From positions 3,123 to 67,122 of IMG/VR virus record IMGVR_UViG_3300038412_000036: a DNA stretch of 64,000 nt; one strand, given 5' to 3'. Positions 51,699 through 60,810 of the stretch are shown in pieces. Both the position numbers and the translations under genes were made by a program. This stretch comes from a virus. Its lineage: Duplodnaviria; Caudoviricetes. How positions within the stretch are numbered: position 1 is the stretch's first letter; every line of letters begins with the position of its first letter. The notes beneath the pieces were generated by a model, which made no database searches, was not told the origin of the DNA, and saw only the letters and a list, made by a program, of their open reading frames with translations.

Positions 51699-52823
51699 TC
51701 ACTGATCCCTCTTGCCTTCAAAAGTGAGCCACGGCTGTCTTACCGTAGCTCGCTCTTTCGAGTCAAGATAAATCGGCCACTGAGCCGTAAAGCCGCGCTT
51801 GGGGTGGATGAAGGCGAGGGCCTGCGTCGGGCGCGCAGGCTTGGCGCGCAGGGCCAGCCGGGCGTATTCGTTGTACCCGATCAGCGATCCGTTCGCCATC
51901 ACCGGCACCGCGTCGCCCCGGGGGATGTAGACGTGATAGTGGCCGATCAGGAGGGTGTCGAAGTCCCGGCCACATGTGGCTTCCGAAGAGCCGACCTTGA
52001 GCGCGCCACGTGCAATCGGACCCAGCGCACCAATGATGCCGTCGCCGCCCTTCACGCCCATGTTGTCGCCGTGCGTCAGCATGAACCGGTGACCGTGGAT
52101 CGCGAAGTGCGCGTCGGTTTCGTTGGGGACAAACACCGTGACTCGCGGATCGTTCTTGAAGTGACGTTCGATGTGGCAGTAGACAAGCCATTCGTAGGAG
52201 TTGAAGACGTAGTTCTTCTTGCGCGGCTTGAGGGTGTTGCGGCCATGGTTGCCCGGGACGCAAGGCACGAAGACCTTGCCAAACTTGTCGGCGAAGTCAG
52301 TGATCAGACCGATCAACTGCTCCTCGACCTCAAGGATCGACAGCGTCACCGGCCCGTCGTTGGTCTCCACGAGGTCGTCGTGGATCGCGCCCGTGATCAT
52401 GTCGCCGCCGAGGCAGACGACGATGCCCGGGTAGCTCGGGTTGGTCATGTGGTGGAGGCAGAGATCGAGCGTGGCGTCGCGCAGAATCTTCACGCGCTGC
52501 TTGGCGATCTTGCGGTTGAAGGAGTTCATGCCCGCGACCTGATCCGGATCGACAAACTCGCCCCAGTGCCAGTCACTGAGCAGGAGCAGCGGCACACCGG
52601 TTGTCTTGCCCGAGGGCTTCACATCGAGCCACTTCGGCGGCTCCGGGGAGTAGGCTTCCAGCCCGAGGATTTCTTTGCGGATCGCCTCGGCGCTATCGTT
52701 GATCTGGACCCGCTCGCGAAGCTCGCGCTCCAGTTTCTTGATGCGCTCGTTCTTCTGGCGGATGATGTCGGTGGCGTCGAGCAGACGATCTGCATCAGTT
52801 TTCTTGGTCGGAGCCATACTCAT
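51699..52823 (-). CDS. calcineurin-like metallophosphoesterase with N-terminal coiled coil
   Basis: SDWH, GGD, PGNHGR, THGD, GHYH motifs. Confidence 0.85.
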   Translation of the reverse strand: MSMAPTKKTDADRLLDATDIIRQKNERIKKLERELRERVQINDSAEAIRKEILGLEAYSPEPPKWLDVKPSGKTTGVPLLLLSDWHWGEFVDPDQVAGMNSFNRKIAKQRVKILRDATLDLCLHHMTNPSYPGIVVCLGGDMITGAIHDDLVETNDGPVTLSILEVEEQLIGLITDFADKFGKVFVPCVPGNHGRNTLKPRKKNYVFNSYEWLVYCHIERHFKNDPRVTVFVPNETDAHFAIHGHRFMLTHGDNMGVKGGDGIIGALGPIARGALKVGSSEATCGRDFDTLLIGHYHVYIPRGDAVPVMANGSLIGYNEYARLALRAKPARPTQALAFIHPKRGFTAQWPIYLDSKERATVRQPWLTFEGKRDQ

Positions 52824-53050
52824 TTTCCCTTCTTACGCGTAAGTGCCTGTTTCTCGATCTGTCTGCGGTTGCGCTCGACGCCTTTCGGCGAATCGCGGTA
52901 TCGGTCGTGCACCACCTTGCCCTTCGGCGACGTGTGGTAGATGTGCTTTCGTTCCTTCCCTTTCGGAGATTTGTTATAGCGCCGGTAGCGCTCCTTGCCC
53001 TTCTCGGTGTCGTCGTAGCGACGGTCGATCTCGCGCTTGGTCTGGGTCAT
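52820..53050 (-). CDS. very basic protein with SPKG repeats
   Basis: Three YxxSPKG[KV] units spaced 13 aa apart. Confidence 0.7.
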   Translation of the reverse strand: MTQTKREIDRRYDDTEKGKERYRRYNKSPKGKERKHIYHTSPKGKVVHDRYRDSPKGVERNRRQIEKQALTRKKGK

Positions 53051-53475
53051 GCGCGCTTCTCCGGCAACTTGATCTTCTCTTTTGCCAGAGTGTCGGTGAA
53101 GCTTTTGAGTGTGCGAATCGAGATGGTGGGAGCGCTGCGAAACTTCGCTCGCGTGCGCAGTCTGATCGTTTCGAAGGAGTGACCCACCCCGCTCTCGTTT
53201 ATCTCCAACAAGAGCGCCCGAGCAAATTCTCGCGCCAGTATCTTACGCGATCTGTGGCGGGCAGGCAAGCGTACTTTTCGGTCGATTCCGTAGAGCACAT
53301 AGCGCAATGCACGTTTGGTGGTTCGCGCGTGCGGAAACTCTCGCTTGATCTTCGCGAGGATCGTCTCGTAGTCGAAGCCGATGTTGCGACCATAGCAATC
53401 GACAAAATCAGTCTTGACTAGCAGAAAGACGGCGTATTCCTTGATGGTTTTGAAACGTCGCTTCTTCGTCGTCAC
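53047..53475 (-). CDS. basic hypothetical protein
   Basis: ORF track; GTGA/ATGA overlaps; visibly more AT-rich. Confidence 0.6.
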   Translation of the reverse strand: MTTKKRRFKTIKEYAVFLLVKTDFVDCYGRNIGFDYETILAKIKREFPHARTTKRALRYVLYGIDRKVRLPARHRSRKILAREFARALLLEINESGVGHSFETIRLRTRAKFRSAPTISIRTLKSFTDTLAKEKIKLPEKRA

Positions 53476-53915
53476 AGTGTGAAACCTTCCGTGGCCCGCA
53501 GCAAAATCTCAGGCAGGCTCAACGTCGGCGGTGTCACGCTCATGCGCTCCAGCTCCGCTTCCGTGGTAACAATAGACTCGTACATGTGCCCCGGGACCAA
53601 ATACAACCGGGACTCCGCCGCGTCGCCAACCTGAAGCAGGACCCAGCACGCCCGGAAGCCTGCCCGGACACGCTCGCGCAGCCAGATGTTTTGCGACGTG
53701 CGGACCTTGAACCTGATCTTGGTCGATGGTCGCTTGGGCCGCTCTTCGCTCTTCAACTCTAGCCATATCTGGCTCCCGTCGATTGCACCTTCCACGTCGG
53801 GGTGCCCAGACCCGACGCTATTCTCGATACGCTTGAGATGGACTCCGAACCCACACCGCTTCAGATGCGTCCCTGCATCCTTGACGCGCTTCCACAGTGA
53901 GGACTCTAAAGCCAT
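53472..53915 (-). CDS. PD-(D/E)XK nuclease / Holliday junction resolvase-like
   Basis: ESSLW...RIEN.VG.G.PDV...WLELK...Q..WL. Confidence 0.8.
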   Translation of the reverse strand: MALESSLWKRVKDAGTHLKRCGFGVHLKRIENSVGSGHPDVEGAIDGSQIWLELKSEERPKRPSTKIRFKVRTSQNIWLRERVRAGFRACWVLLQVGDAAESRLYLVPGHMYESIVTTEAELERMSVTPPTLSLPEILLRATEGFTL

Positions 53916-54529
53916 CAGAGACCGTGGCCGGAGCCGTTTCGGTGCGGGCTGGTCGGCTTCCAGTCCTCAGCTTGCCTCACACCGTTGAGCCAGTAGAAGC
54001 CGTCGGAGTCGATCATGACACCGGTCTCTTGCACGTTGGTCACGATCTTCATCGCATCTTTGTTGCGGTTAAGCGGCAGCACCGTCGTCTCGCTCGATGA
54101 CGCCTTCGGCTCTGCCCCGTAGCGGCCCGGCGCTTGCTCGCCGTTCGGACCGACCAGAGAGTTGGTCTCCGGGAAGGCGCGAGGATCGACGACGCGATAC
54201 GGCACCGTCAGCTTGTGCTTGCGCTCCAGCTTCTCTTGGCAGAGCGCGGCGGCACGCCAGAGCAGCGCCACAGCTTCGTCGTCGGGTCCGTCCATCCCTT
54301 CCCAGTTGGCAAGGTGACGCATGATGCAGTTCTCGTGATCCATGCTCTTGGTGCGCGCATGGTGCAGCGGCTGCCCGGGGTTGTGCTTGTTGTTGCCGTT
54401 GTAGGAATGGATCGCGAGCGCCGTCATCGCGTCCGGGAAATATCCGAACAGGACTTCATACAGCGGCACGTTCTTGCGGCCCGCGCTGTCGAACGTCATA
54501 AGGAGGCGCTTCTCAGGGATACTCGTCAT
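53915..54529 (-). CDS. dATP/dGTP diphosphohydrolase (DUF5664-like)
   Basis: RK..PL......YFPDA..A.A..S..GN.KH......R.KS.DH..CI.RH. Confidence 0.75.
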   Translation of the reverse strand: MTSIPEKRLLMTFDSAGRKNVPLYEVLFGYFPDAMTALAIHSYNGNNKHNPGQPLHHARTKSMDHENCIMRHLANWEGMDGPDDEAVALLWRAAALCQEKLERKHKLTVPYRVVDPRAFPETNSLVGPNGEQAPGRYGAEPKASSSETTVLPLNRNKDAMKIVTNVQETGVMIDSDGFYWLNGVRQAEDWKPTSPHRNGSGHGL

Positions 54530-54568
54530 ACTGGTGTCCTCGGTTGGGGAAAAAGAGAAAGCGACTCG

Positions 54569-55003
54569 TTACTGACGAGCCGCTTCTTCCGAGGAGACCT
54601 TCGGCAGACCGGTGGCGGGGTTGTAGGTCTGATCGGGCTGGCGCTTCGCCCGGGTCCAATCCTGACCCTCGGCGAGGCAGCGCTTAATCTCGTTTTCGAT
54701 GAACGCGGCGGCGACGACAAGGTTGGCGATCTTCGTGCCGTAGTCGCGGAAGCCGCTCCAATCCTCCGGATAGAAGTCGTCCTTGGCGATCTTCACCGCC
54801 GTGTGCGACTCCAGCTTGCTAAACTCCTTGATCGCGACGAGGTCGAGGCTCGCCATGGCGGCTCGCATCAACTGACTATCCTTGCAGTCGGCGCGAGCGT
54901 TGTCGTCCTCCCACATCTTGTTTTGGACCGCGACTTCGGCGTCGATCAGCTCGCGAGCGAATCGCGCGGCGGCAGGAATGTTTCCGGCGTAGGGGGTGGA
55001 CAT
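54569..55003 (-). CDS. hypothetical phage protein
   Basis: ATG 55003 after GGAG; NLVVAAAFIENEIKR motif. Confidence 0.7.
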   Translation of the reverse strand: MSTPYAGNIPAAARFARELIDAEVAVQNKMWEDDNARADCKDSQLMRAAMASLDLVAIKEFSKLESHTAVKIAKDDFYPEDWSGFRDYGTKIANLVVAAAFIENEIKRCLAEGQDWTRAKRQPDQTYNPATGLPKVSSEEAARQ

Positions 55004-55198
55004 GCAAAAGGCTCCAGAGGGGGTTAATGACGTTGAGGTCACTAGCCGAATCTGAAGCCAATGTCAAGGATGGTTAACGAATCGAAAGGGTGAACGGGAG
55101 AGCTGGGGGAAACAGCTCTCCCGTCCTAGCCCTCTGGCGAGCGGGGGCACACCTCCAGAGGGCATTCCGGACCCGGCGGCTAGGGCAGCCGCCCGGGC

Positions 55199-55456
55199 CT
55201 AAGCCTCAACCGTGGCCCCGTTTTGGGCCTTGTAGACACCGAGCAACGAGCGCCCGTCGCAGTCGTCGAGCTGGCCCTCCAGATAGTGGCGGCCGTGCTT
55301 GCACGCGAAGAACAGCCTGCCATCCGGATCGGCCTCAACGGTCGCCTCTCCGGCGTCCCGGCAGTCGAACCCGCCATCTAGCAGGATCGCGCTCCCCGGC
55401 TTCAGCTCCTCCAGCGCCGCATAGGGTCGGCCCTGCTTGTCTTTCCTCGTCAACAT
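55199..55456 (-). CDS. hypothetical protein
   Basis: GAGGAGG RBS. Confidence 0.7.
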   Translation of the reverse strand: MLTRKDKQGRPYAALEELKPGSAILLDGGFDCRDAGEATVEADPDGRLFFACKHGRHYLEGQLDDCDGRSLLGVYKAQNGATVEA

Positions 55457-55591
55457 CGTTCCCTCCTCTCGTTAGGTGGCCGGGTCAGCCTTGCAAGGTC
55501 TCACCGTCCGACAGATTTTTAGTCAGCGGACCGTCGTGATGACCCGGCCGCCTAACGAGATGCCCCGGGCCGAAGCCCGGGGCGGTTGGTG

Positions 55592-56629
55592 TTAGGCGGC
55601 GATCAGTTCCGGAACCTTGTCCTGCACGAAGGGCAGGAGGAGCCCGACCGCCTTCTTCTTCAGGTCCGCGCCGCCACCAAACTGGGTGGACAGGAAGCGC
55701 TTCTCGTCGTCCGCGCCCTTCGAAGAGTAGACCGCCGAGTGATCGACGTAGCGGGTGATCGCATTGAGCGCAGCCCACGCGGTCTCCGCCTCGGTGCCCT
55801 CACGAACCGTCTCCTTGTACGCCTGATTAAGCGCACGAAACTGGTTCTGCTTGCGGCCCGAAATGTCGGCCTCCTTGGCGTCGAAGGGGATATCCAGAAC
55901 ACCCTTGAAGAAGTTAGAGATGTCCGCCTTAGACGTGTGGTGCAGCGCGAGCGCGTCACCGAGCTTCTTGTAGGTCGCGAAACCCTGCGCCAGCGTCGCA
56001 AGCTCCTTGCCGACCTTCTCGCCGTTAAACTTGGTGTTGTGGCGAGTACGGATCACGGCGCGCTTGTCGGCAGTCGCAACGTCGAGCGTGTTGTTGCAGA
56101 CAACCCGGGTCATCGTGCCCTGATTGATCGTCGAGCCAGTACCGTCGAAGGTCGTCGTCATCAGGACGCGGGCAACGTGCTTGTCGCCAGCGATGTCGAG
56201 CGGGTCGCGATAGGTCGCGGTCGCCCAGATGATTTCGCCCTTCTTCAGCGCGCCAGCAACGTCGAGCTGGAAGCGGTCGTCAACGTGGATGTACTGGTCG
56301 AACCACTTCAGGACCTCGACCGGCTGCACCGGCTGATACACGTCCGAGACGTAGCCGAGCGGGTGGCCGTTGTCCGAGCGCACGAGGAAGTTGCGGCTGT
56401 CAACCTTGCGGAAGCGATCTTCGGCCGGGATGTGGTCGAACGAGGGGCCGGTCAGGGCGGCGATAGCCGGGACCTTGATGGCTTCCCATTCGAGCTTGGC
56501 GGACTGCGCCCAGTCTTCGATGGACTGGCCGGGCTTCATCTCCTGCCCGTGGCGATGCCAGATGTCGTTGCGGTTGCCAAGGAAAGCGATAGCGGCCGAA
56601 CCGGTCGAGAAGTCGAGATTATGTGCCAT
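55592..56629 (-). CDS. DUF932/DUF945-family phage-plasmid protein
   Basis: MAHN...WH..G; R.D....LG.VS..Y.PVQ; AGAL..G..IWA; DG.GS; RVVC.NTL; W...NAIT.Y.DH. Confidence 0.85.
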   Translation of the reverse strand: MAHNLDFSTGSAAIAFLGNRNDIWHRHGQEMKPGQSIEDWAQSAKLEWEAIKVPAIAALTGPSFDHIPAEDRFRKVDSRNFLVRSDNGHPLGYVSDVYQPVQPVEVLKWFDQYIHVDDRFQLDVAGALKKGEIIWATATYRDPLDIAGDKHVARVLMTTTFDGTGSTINQGTMTRVVCNNTLDVATADKRAVIRTRHNTKFNGEKVGKELATLAQGFATYKKLGDALALHHTSKADISNFFKGVLDIPFDAKEADISGRKQNQFRALNQAYKETVREGTEAETAWAALNAITRYVDHSAVYSSKGADDEKRFLSTQFGGGADLKKKAVGLLLPFVQDKVPELIAA

Positions 56630-56703
56630 GTGTTAGTACCTCTGTTTTGTTGCTATGGCGTCCAGCGCCATGGGGAGGAACATACACGAGCCCCGGCAGC
56701 CTG

Positions 56704-56741
56704 CAAGCGGGAAGTCGGCGGATGGTTAACATCCGGTTAAC
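56704..56741 (-). promoter_or_regulatory. CtrA-box promoter element 4
   Basis: GTTAA-CATCCGG-TTAAC, perfect on both strands; N16-GCTTG on minus strand. Confidence 0.75.
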
Positions 56742-56857
56742 TCGATTCCAGAAAAAGAAAGGGCCGGGTCGTGCAAGACCCGGCCAGTTAGCCGTGGGGC
56801 AATGAACCAAACCCGGCGGCGGGAGGCATCCCGGTTTCACCCGGTAGCCCGGAGCTT

Positions 56858-57199
56858 TTACGACGCGGCGTTGTCCAGCGAGGACACTGCCTCGTCGATG
56901 TTCAGGTCCAAACTCTCCAACTCACTGAGCAGATCGCCCTCCAGTTCGGACAGCGCGCTCTCCAGCTCGTTGACCGCCTCTTGAGCCTTCTCACCCTTCT
57001 CTCCGTTCTGGAAGCTCTCGGGCATGTTGTCGTAGTATTCCTGCTCCGCGTCGCGAATGTTTTCGATCTCGCTCTTCGCTTCTTCGACTCGCGTTTCATA
57101 GTCGGTCTTGAGCTGAGCGACCGCGTCCTGAAACTCGGAGCGCATCGTTTCCAGTTTGCCCTTGACCTCGTTGATCTCTTTCCGTCGTGCCTCGTTCAT
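56858..57199 (-). CDS. acidic coiled-coil hypothetical protein
   Basis: ATG 57199 after AGGAGA; EQEYYDNMPESFQ.GEKG motif. Confidence 0.75.
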   Translation of the reverse strand: MNEARRKEINEVKGKLETMRSEFQDAVAQLKTDYETRVEEAKSEIENIRDAEQEYYDNMPESFQNGEKGEKAQEAVNELESALSELEGDLLSELESLDLNIDEAVSSLDNAAS

Positions 57200-57250
57200 A
57201 CCGATCTCCTTTGTTAAAGGATGGACGTTATCGGCACAGAAAGCCATAGG

Positions 57251-57287
57251 CAAGAGCTGGATTGACCGATGGTTAATCGACGGTTGT
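57251..57287 (-). promoter_or_regulatory. CtrA-box promoter element 5 (degenerate first half-site)
   Basis: Minus strand ACAA-CCGTCGA-TTAAC then N17-CTTG, same register as elements 1-4. Confidence 0.55.
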
Positions 57288-57488
57288 CCAGCTTGACTCC
57301 GGCGGGACCTCTGGCTCCCACTCCGTCATCACGTCGCCGGGCGTGACAGGGATGGCGTCCCATTCGTCGGGTCCGAGCTTGATCACGGCCGCCGTCGCTT
57401 GCTCCGGGTAGTGCACGACGTGGTTGCCTCGGCGGAGATTGGTGACCTCGCGCCACGCACCGTTATACAGGATGCGATAGATACTCAC
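57273..57488 (-). CDS. hypothetical protein
   Basis: ORF track; GTGA overlap. Confidence 0.55.
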   Translation of the reverse strand: MSIYRILYNGAWREVTNLRRGNHVVHYPEQATAAVIKLGPDEWDAIPVTPGDVMTEWEPEVPPESSWTTVD

Positions 57489-57739
57489 TTCAGGATGGCC
57501 CGCCCGCCGACGTACTTGTAGTCGGAAGCTGGTCGGCCTGACTGCTTCGACGCGCGATCAATCGCGCGCTTCGCAGGTCCCATCGCTTCGCGCTTCTTGC
57601 CCGCGACGGTCAGCTCCTCGTTATTCTTTTTCATGTGGCCGCGCTCACGCAGGATGCGAATGGCCTCGTCGCTTGCATCCGGGGTGCCCGAAGCGGCAAG
57701 CTGGCGCGTCAGTCTTGTTTTCAGCGGCAGGTACGCCAT
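57485..57739 (-). CDS. basic hypothetical phage protein
   Basis: AAGGA RBS; L..RL..Q...A..IL..RG....LT..G..R...RA.DRA pattern. Confidence 0.7.
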   Translation of the reverse strand: MAYLPLKTRLTRQLAASGTPDASDEAIRILRERGHMKKNNEELTVAGKKREAMGPAKRAIDRASKQSGRPASDYKYVGGRAILK

Positions 57740-57985
57740 GACGTTTCATCCTTTCCATCTGGTCTGGCGACACCAGTCGGCGCTTGCCGTCGATCATCAC
57801 CATCTTCGATCCCTTGATCCGGCCGCGCCCGCGCGGGCTCGGCATGATCACTCGGTGTTCTCTCGTCCGCCGATCTGGCTTCGGCTTGCCGCGCCGAGAG
57901 ATCGCGTAGGCTTGCAGCTCGGCGAGCATCGTCGGCTCTAACTCGCCGGTCCTGATGAAATTGTCGCAGTACGCGGCCAGCGTCT

Positions 57986-58369
57986 TCAGAATGGAATTTC
58001 TTGCTGGGGCTCCTTCGTCGGACGCGCCGGAGGTCGTGCCGTCCTCCGGTTCTGCGAAGGCGTCGCCCAGTTGACGTTCCAGCGCTGACAATTCAGACTG
58101 TCGCCGTCGCCGTGATCTCCCATATGATGCTTCTCGCTCGGCTGCACCTTGCCCGAGCGCTTCAGAATCTCCTTGTGAAGGTACAGCTTGAACCGTCGGC
58201 CGCCGCTCTCCTTCGTGCGAGTCGTGCGCGTCGCATACATCTTGCGCTTGTGCCGGTCCCAAGTGATCTGCCACTTCCATTGGATCGCCCACGCGTAGTC
58301 CTCCTCCGAGACCGTTGCGAAGACGGTCGCATTCACATCCAGATAAATTCGTCGCCCCGAATCAGACAT
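57986..58369 (-). CDS. HNH endonuclease
   Basis: VSEEDY......W...YA.R...LHKEI...GDHGDGDSLN.QR.N...AT.SQN. Confidence 0.75.
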   Translation of the reverse strand: MSDSGRRIYLDVNATVFATVSEEDYAWAIQWKWQITWDRHKRKMYATRTTRTKESGGRRFKLYLHKEILKRSGKVQPSEKHHMGDHGDGDSLNCQRWNVNWATPSQNRRTARPPARPTKEPQQEIPF

Positions 58370-59858
58370 CGGTCGCTCTTAACAGGTCCCTCAAACCATG
58401 TCCAGAGACCGAATCAGAAATTTTAGCTTTTCCGTCGCAGATGTCCCAGATGCGGTCGTCCACCGTTCCGTAGGTGCGCAGCCGCACCAGTGTGACCGGA
58501 TGGCCGCCCTTGACCGTGCCGCGCTCCTCGCCCTGCTTGTCGTGGATCGCGTTCGGCGTCGAGGAGAACGTAATGATTGTCCACGCACCAGAGAAATCAC
58601 GGCCCTCGCCGCCCGCGCCCGGCTGGCCGACGAGAGCGATATATTTCGGATCGTTGTTGAAGCTGTCGCGGATGCCTTCGCGCTTGCTGTTGGGAATGCC
58701 GCCGTGGAATTGCAGGATACGCTTGCCGAAGTGCTGCTCCAGCTTGGCGACGCAGCGCTTGATGTCCTCGCGATAGCGGCACCAGATCAGCGTCTTGTTC
58801 GGCAGCGTGCCCTCGACCTGCTCGATCAACGCATCGTAGATCGGCGCGTCGGGGTCGATCTCGATCACTTTCTTCATCTCGGTGTCCATGATGTAGCCGT
58901 TGAGGATTTGCTGAAGCTTCATCATGCGTGGGCCGCCGTCGGCCGCCGTGACCATGTCGTCGCCAATCTCGACGAGGTGACGCGCGACCATGTCGAGATA
59001 CTGCCGTCGCTGCGGCTCGCTCATGACGACCGGCCGGTCAACCCGGATCAGTTCCGGCATATCATCGACCTCGTCGCGCAGCACGACCGAGGTGTAGGGC
59101 GAGATCAGCTCGCGCAGCTCGTCGAGGTTCTTGTACTCCTTCAGTTTCTTGTATGCCTTCCTGCGCTGCGATCTTGGTTTCGACAGTGCAGCCTTGTCGG
59201 CTTCGTAGACGGCGAAGTGCCGCACAAACTCTTCGTAGGTTCCGGCGGTGACACCCTTGTCGCCGGGTGGCAGCTTCAAGCCACCCATCAGGATCGCGAA
59301 GATCGAATAGGCGCGCAGCGGCGAGTTGAGCAGCGGCGTGCCGGTCTCGACCGTGACGTACTTGGCCTTGCGCGCCAGATTGCGGGCCTTCTGCGTGCGC
59401 TTGGCTCCGGCCCGCCCCAGATGGTGAGCCTCGGAAACCGCCATCATAAATTCGTGACCGCACGATTCGAGGAAGCGATTGAGCGCCTTGACCGTGTCGT
59501 CGAAGCGCAGCGCCTCCATGTTGACGGCGAAGACCTTCATGCCCTTGTGGGCGAGGAGTGCGTCAAACTGGCTGGCTACCTTCGGGTCGCCGCGCTTGGA
59601 CATCTCCCACGCGAACGCGCGAGCGTTGCACTCCTCCCACGCCCACTTCGGCACCTCGTTGCGCACCCAGTTGATGTGCACGCCGTTCGGCGCGATGACG
59701 ATCAGACCCTTGATGTTTCGCTTGAGATACTGAAAGCACGCCTTGTCGAGCACGGCCTTGGTCTTGCCGGTGCGCATCGTCCAGAACAGAGCGCGCGAGC
59801 GCTTGCTACGGTGCTCGCGATACTCCTTCTCTTGATGCTTCCAATTCGGACCACGCAT
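58362..59858 (-). CDS. SNF2-like superfamily II helicase
   Basis: MRTGKT, SEAHH (DEAH variant), TGTP, GGEG.DF, Q.EER. Confidence 0.9.
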   Translation of the reverse strand: MRGPNWKHQEKEYREHRSKRSRALFWTMRTGKTKAVLDKACFQYLKRNIKGLIVIAPNGVHINWVRNEVPKWAWEECNARAFAWEMSKRGDPKVASQFDALLAHKGMKVFAVNMEALRFDDTVKALNRFLESCGHEFMMAVSEAHHLGRAGAKRTQKARNLARKAKYVTVETGTPLLNSPLRAYSIFAILMGGLKLPPGDKGVTAGTYEEFVRHFAVYEADKAALSKPRSQRRKAYKKLKEYKNLDELRELISPYTSVVLRDEVDDMPELIRVDRPVVMSEPQRRQYLDMVARHLVEIGDDMVTAADGGPRMMKLQQILNGYIMDTEMKKVIEIDPDAPIYDALIEQVEGTLPNKTLIWCRYREDIKRCVAKLEQHFGKRILQFHGGIPNSKREGIRDSFNNDPKYIALVGQPGAGGEGRDFSGAWTIITFSSTPNAIHDKQGEERGTVKGGHPVTLVRLRTYGTVDDRIWDICDGKAKISDSVSGHGLRDLLRATDV

Positions 59859-59859
59859 A

Positions 59860-60177
59860 TTAGCACGTACATGGGCCTTTGACAGGCGAATCCTGATCGC
59901 AGTGACAGGGGTGGAAGACCGACGGAGCCTGCTCGTTCGCCTTCTTCAGAATCAGATCGGCGTGGCACTTCTTCGGAGCGCAGAAGCAGACGAGGTCCTT
60001 GCCTCGGAGTGCGGACACATCGAGCAGCGGCAACACCTCACGGGCGTAGCGCTTGATGACGAAGTCGCGCGAGCCATCCACGCCGATCCGGAATGGGTTG
60101 CCCCACGGCGAGCCGCGCCCGACATAAACCGCTCCCGGCGGCGCATCGCCCTTGTGCTTGTTGTAGACCTTCGGCAT
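59860..60177 (-). CDS. DUF4326 protein
   Basis: VYVGRGSPWGNPF...LRGKDLVCFCAPKKCHAD. Confidence 0.88.
   Translation of the reverse strand: MPKVYNKHKGDAPPGAVYVGRGSPWGNPFRIGVDGSRDFVIKRYAREVLPLLDVSALRGKDLVCFCAPKKCHADLILKKANEQAPSVFHPCHCDQDSPVKGPCTC
59879..59899 (+). repeat. 21-bp direct repeat, copy 2
   Basis: Identical to 3864..3884. Confidence 0.9.
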
Positions 60178-60371
60178 CAGTCCATCTCGTGCTTGCAGCT
60201 CTCGGGCAGCGCGTCGCGACACTCCAGAATGGCGCGCTTCACCACATACTCCAGATCGCGCAGTTCGGTATGGCGCACCCGCGCGATCTCCTCGCCCTTG
60301 AAGTGGATTTCAGTAGTGACGGGCCATCCGCCACTCCACACCTTAAACTCCCATTCGCCAGCCTTCGCCAT
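60177..60371 (-). CDS. hypothetical protein
   Basis: TGATG coupling on both sides. Confidence 0.65.
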   Translation of the reverse strand: MAKAGEWEFKVWSGGWPVTTEIHFKGEEIARVRHTELRDLEYVVKRAILECRDALPESCKHEMD

Positions 60372-60550
60372 CAGTCAAGCTCCGCACAGTCGGGACACAG
60401 ATGTTCGCCGCGTTTGATCTTCCAGCCCTCCGCACTGGCGACGGCCCAGCATTCGGAGAACACGTGCACATTCTCGGTGATCTCGATGTCGTCACCGCAC
60501 GCGTCGCAAACGAACACCAGCACGCCACGGGATGGCCTATCGACGCTCAT
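60371..60550 (-). CDS. zinc-finger protein
   Basis: CDAC...A.A.GW...HLCPDC. Confidence 0.7.
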   Translation of the reverse strand: MSVDRPSRGVLVFVCDACGDDIEITENVHVFSECWAVASAEGWKIKRGEHLCPDCAELD

Positions 60551-60795
60551 ATCAGTTCGATCCCGGACATGGCGACATCCAGCCGAATAAGCGACAGCCC
60601 GTCGAAGTCGTCGGCCTGATACTCGACGCGACGAACGGTCGAGGTCCGCTTGTCCAAAATCCACAAGTGGATGAGCCGGTCATGAATGATCCTGAAACCA
60701 ATCACCTTGTCGTTCTCGTCGATGGTCCGACGAACCGGCTCCGGCTTCTCGGTGGCGAGCTGTTCGATCTTCTCTTTGGTGTTCTTCTCTGCCAT
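60547..60795 (-). CDS. hypothetical protein
   Basis: GAGGGG RBS. Confidence 0.65.
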   Translation of the reverse strand: MAEKNTKEKIEQLATEKPEPVRRTIDENDKVIGFRIIHDRLIHLWILDKRTSTVRRVEYQADDFDGLSLIRLDVAMSGIELI

Positions 60796-60810
60796 GTGCC
60801 CCTCTTGGTT

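Noticed and set aside
55063-55090. Sixth CtrA-type early promoter
   Set aside because: Only the TTAAC half-site is present and GCTT is two bases out of register; not counted.
57645-58292. 215-aa minus-strand ORF
   Set aside because: Overlaps the HNH gene and the 57485 gene in other frames; the 57740-57985 part may be a real small gene but no convincing start was found.
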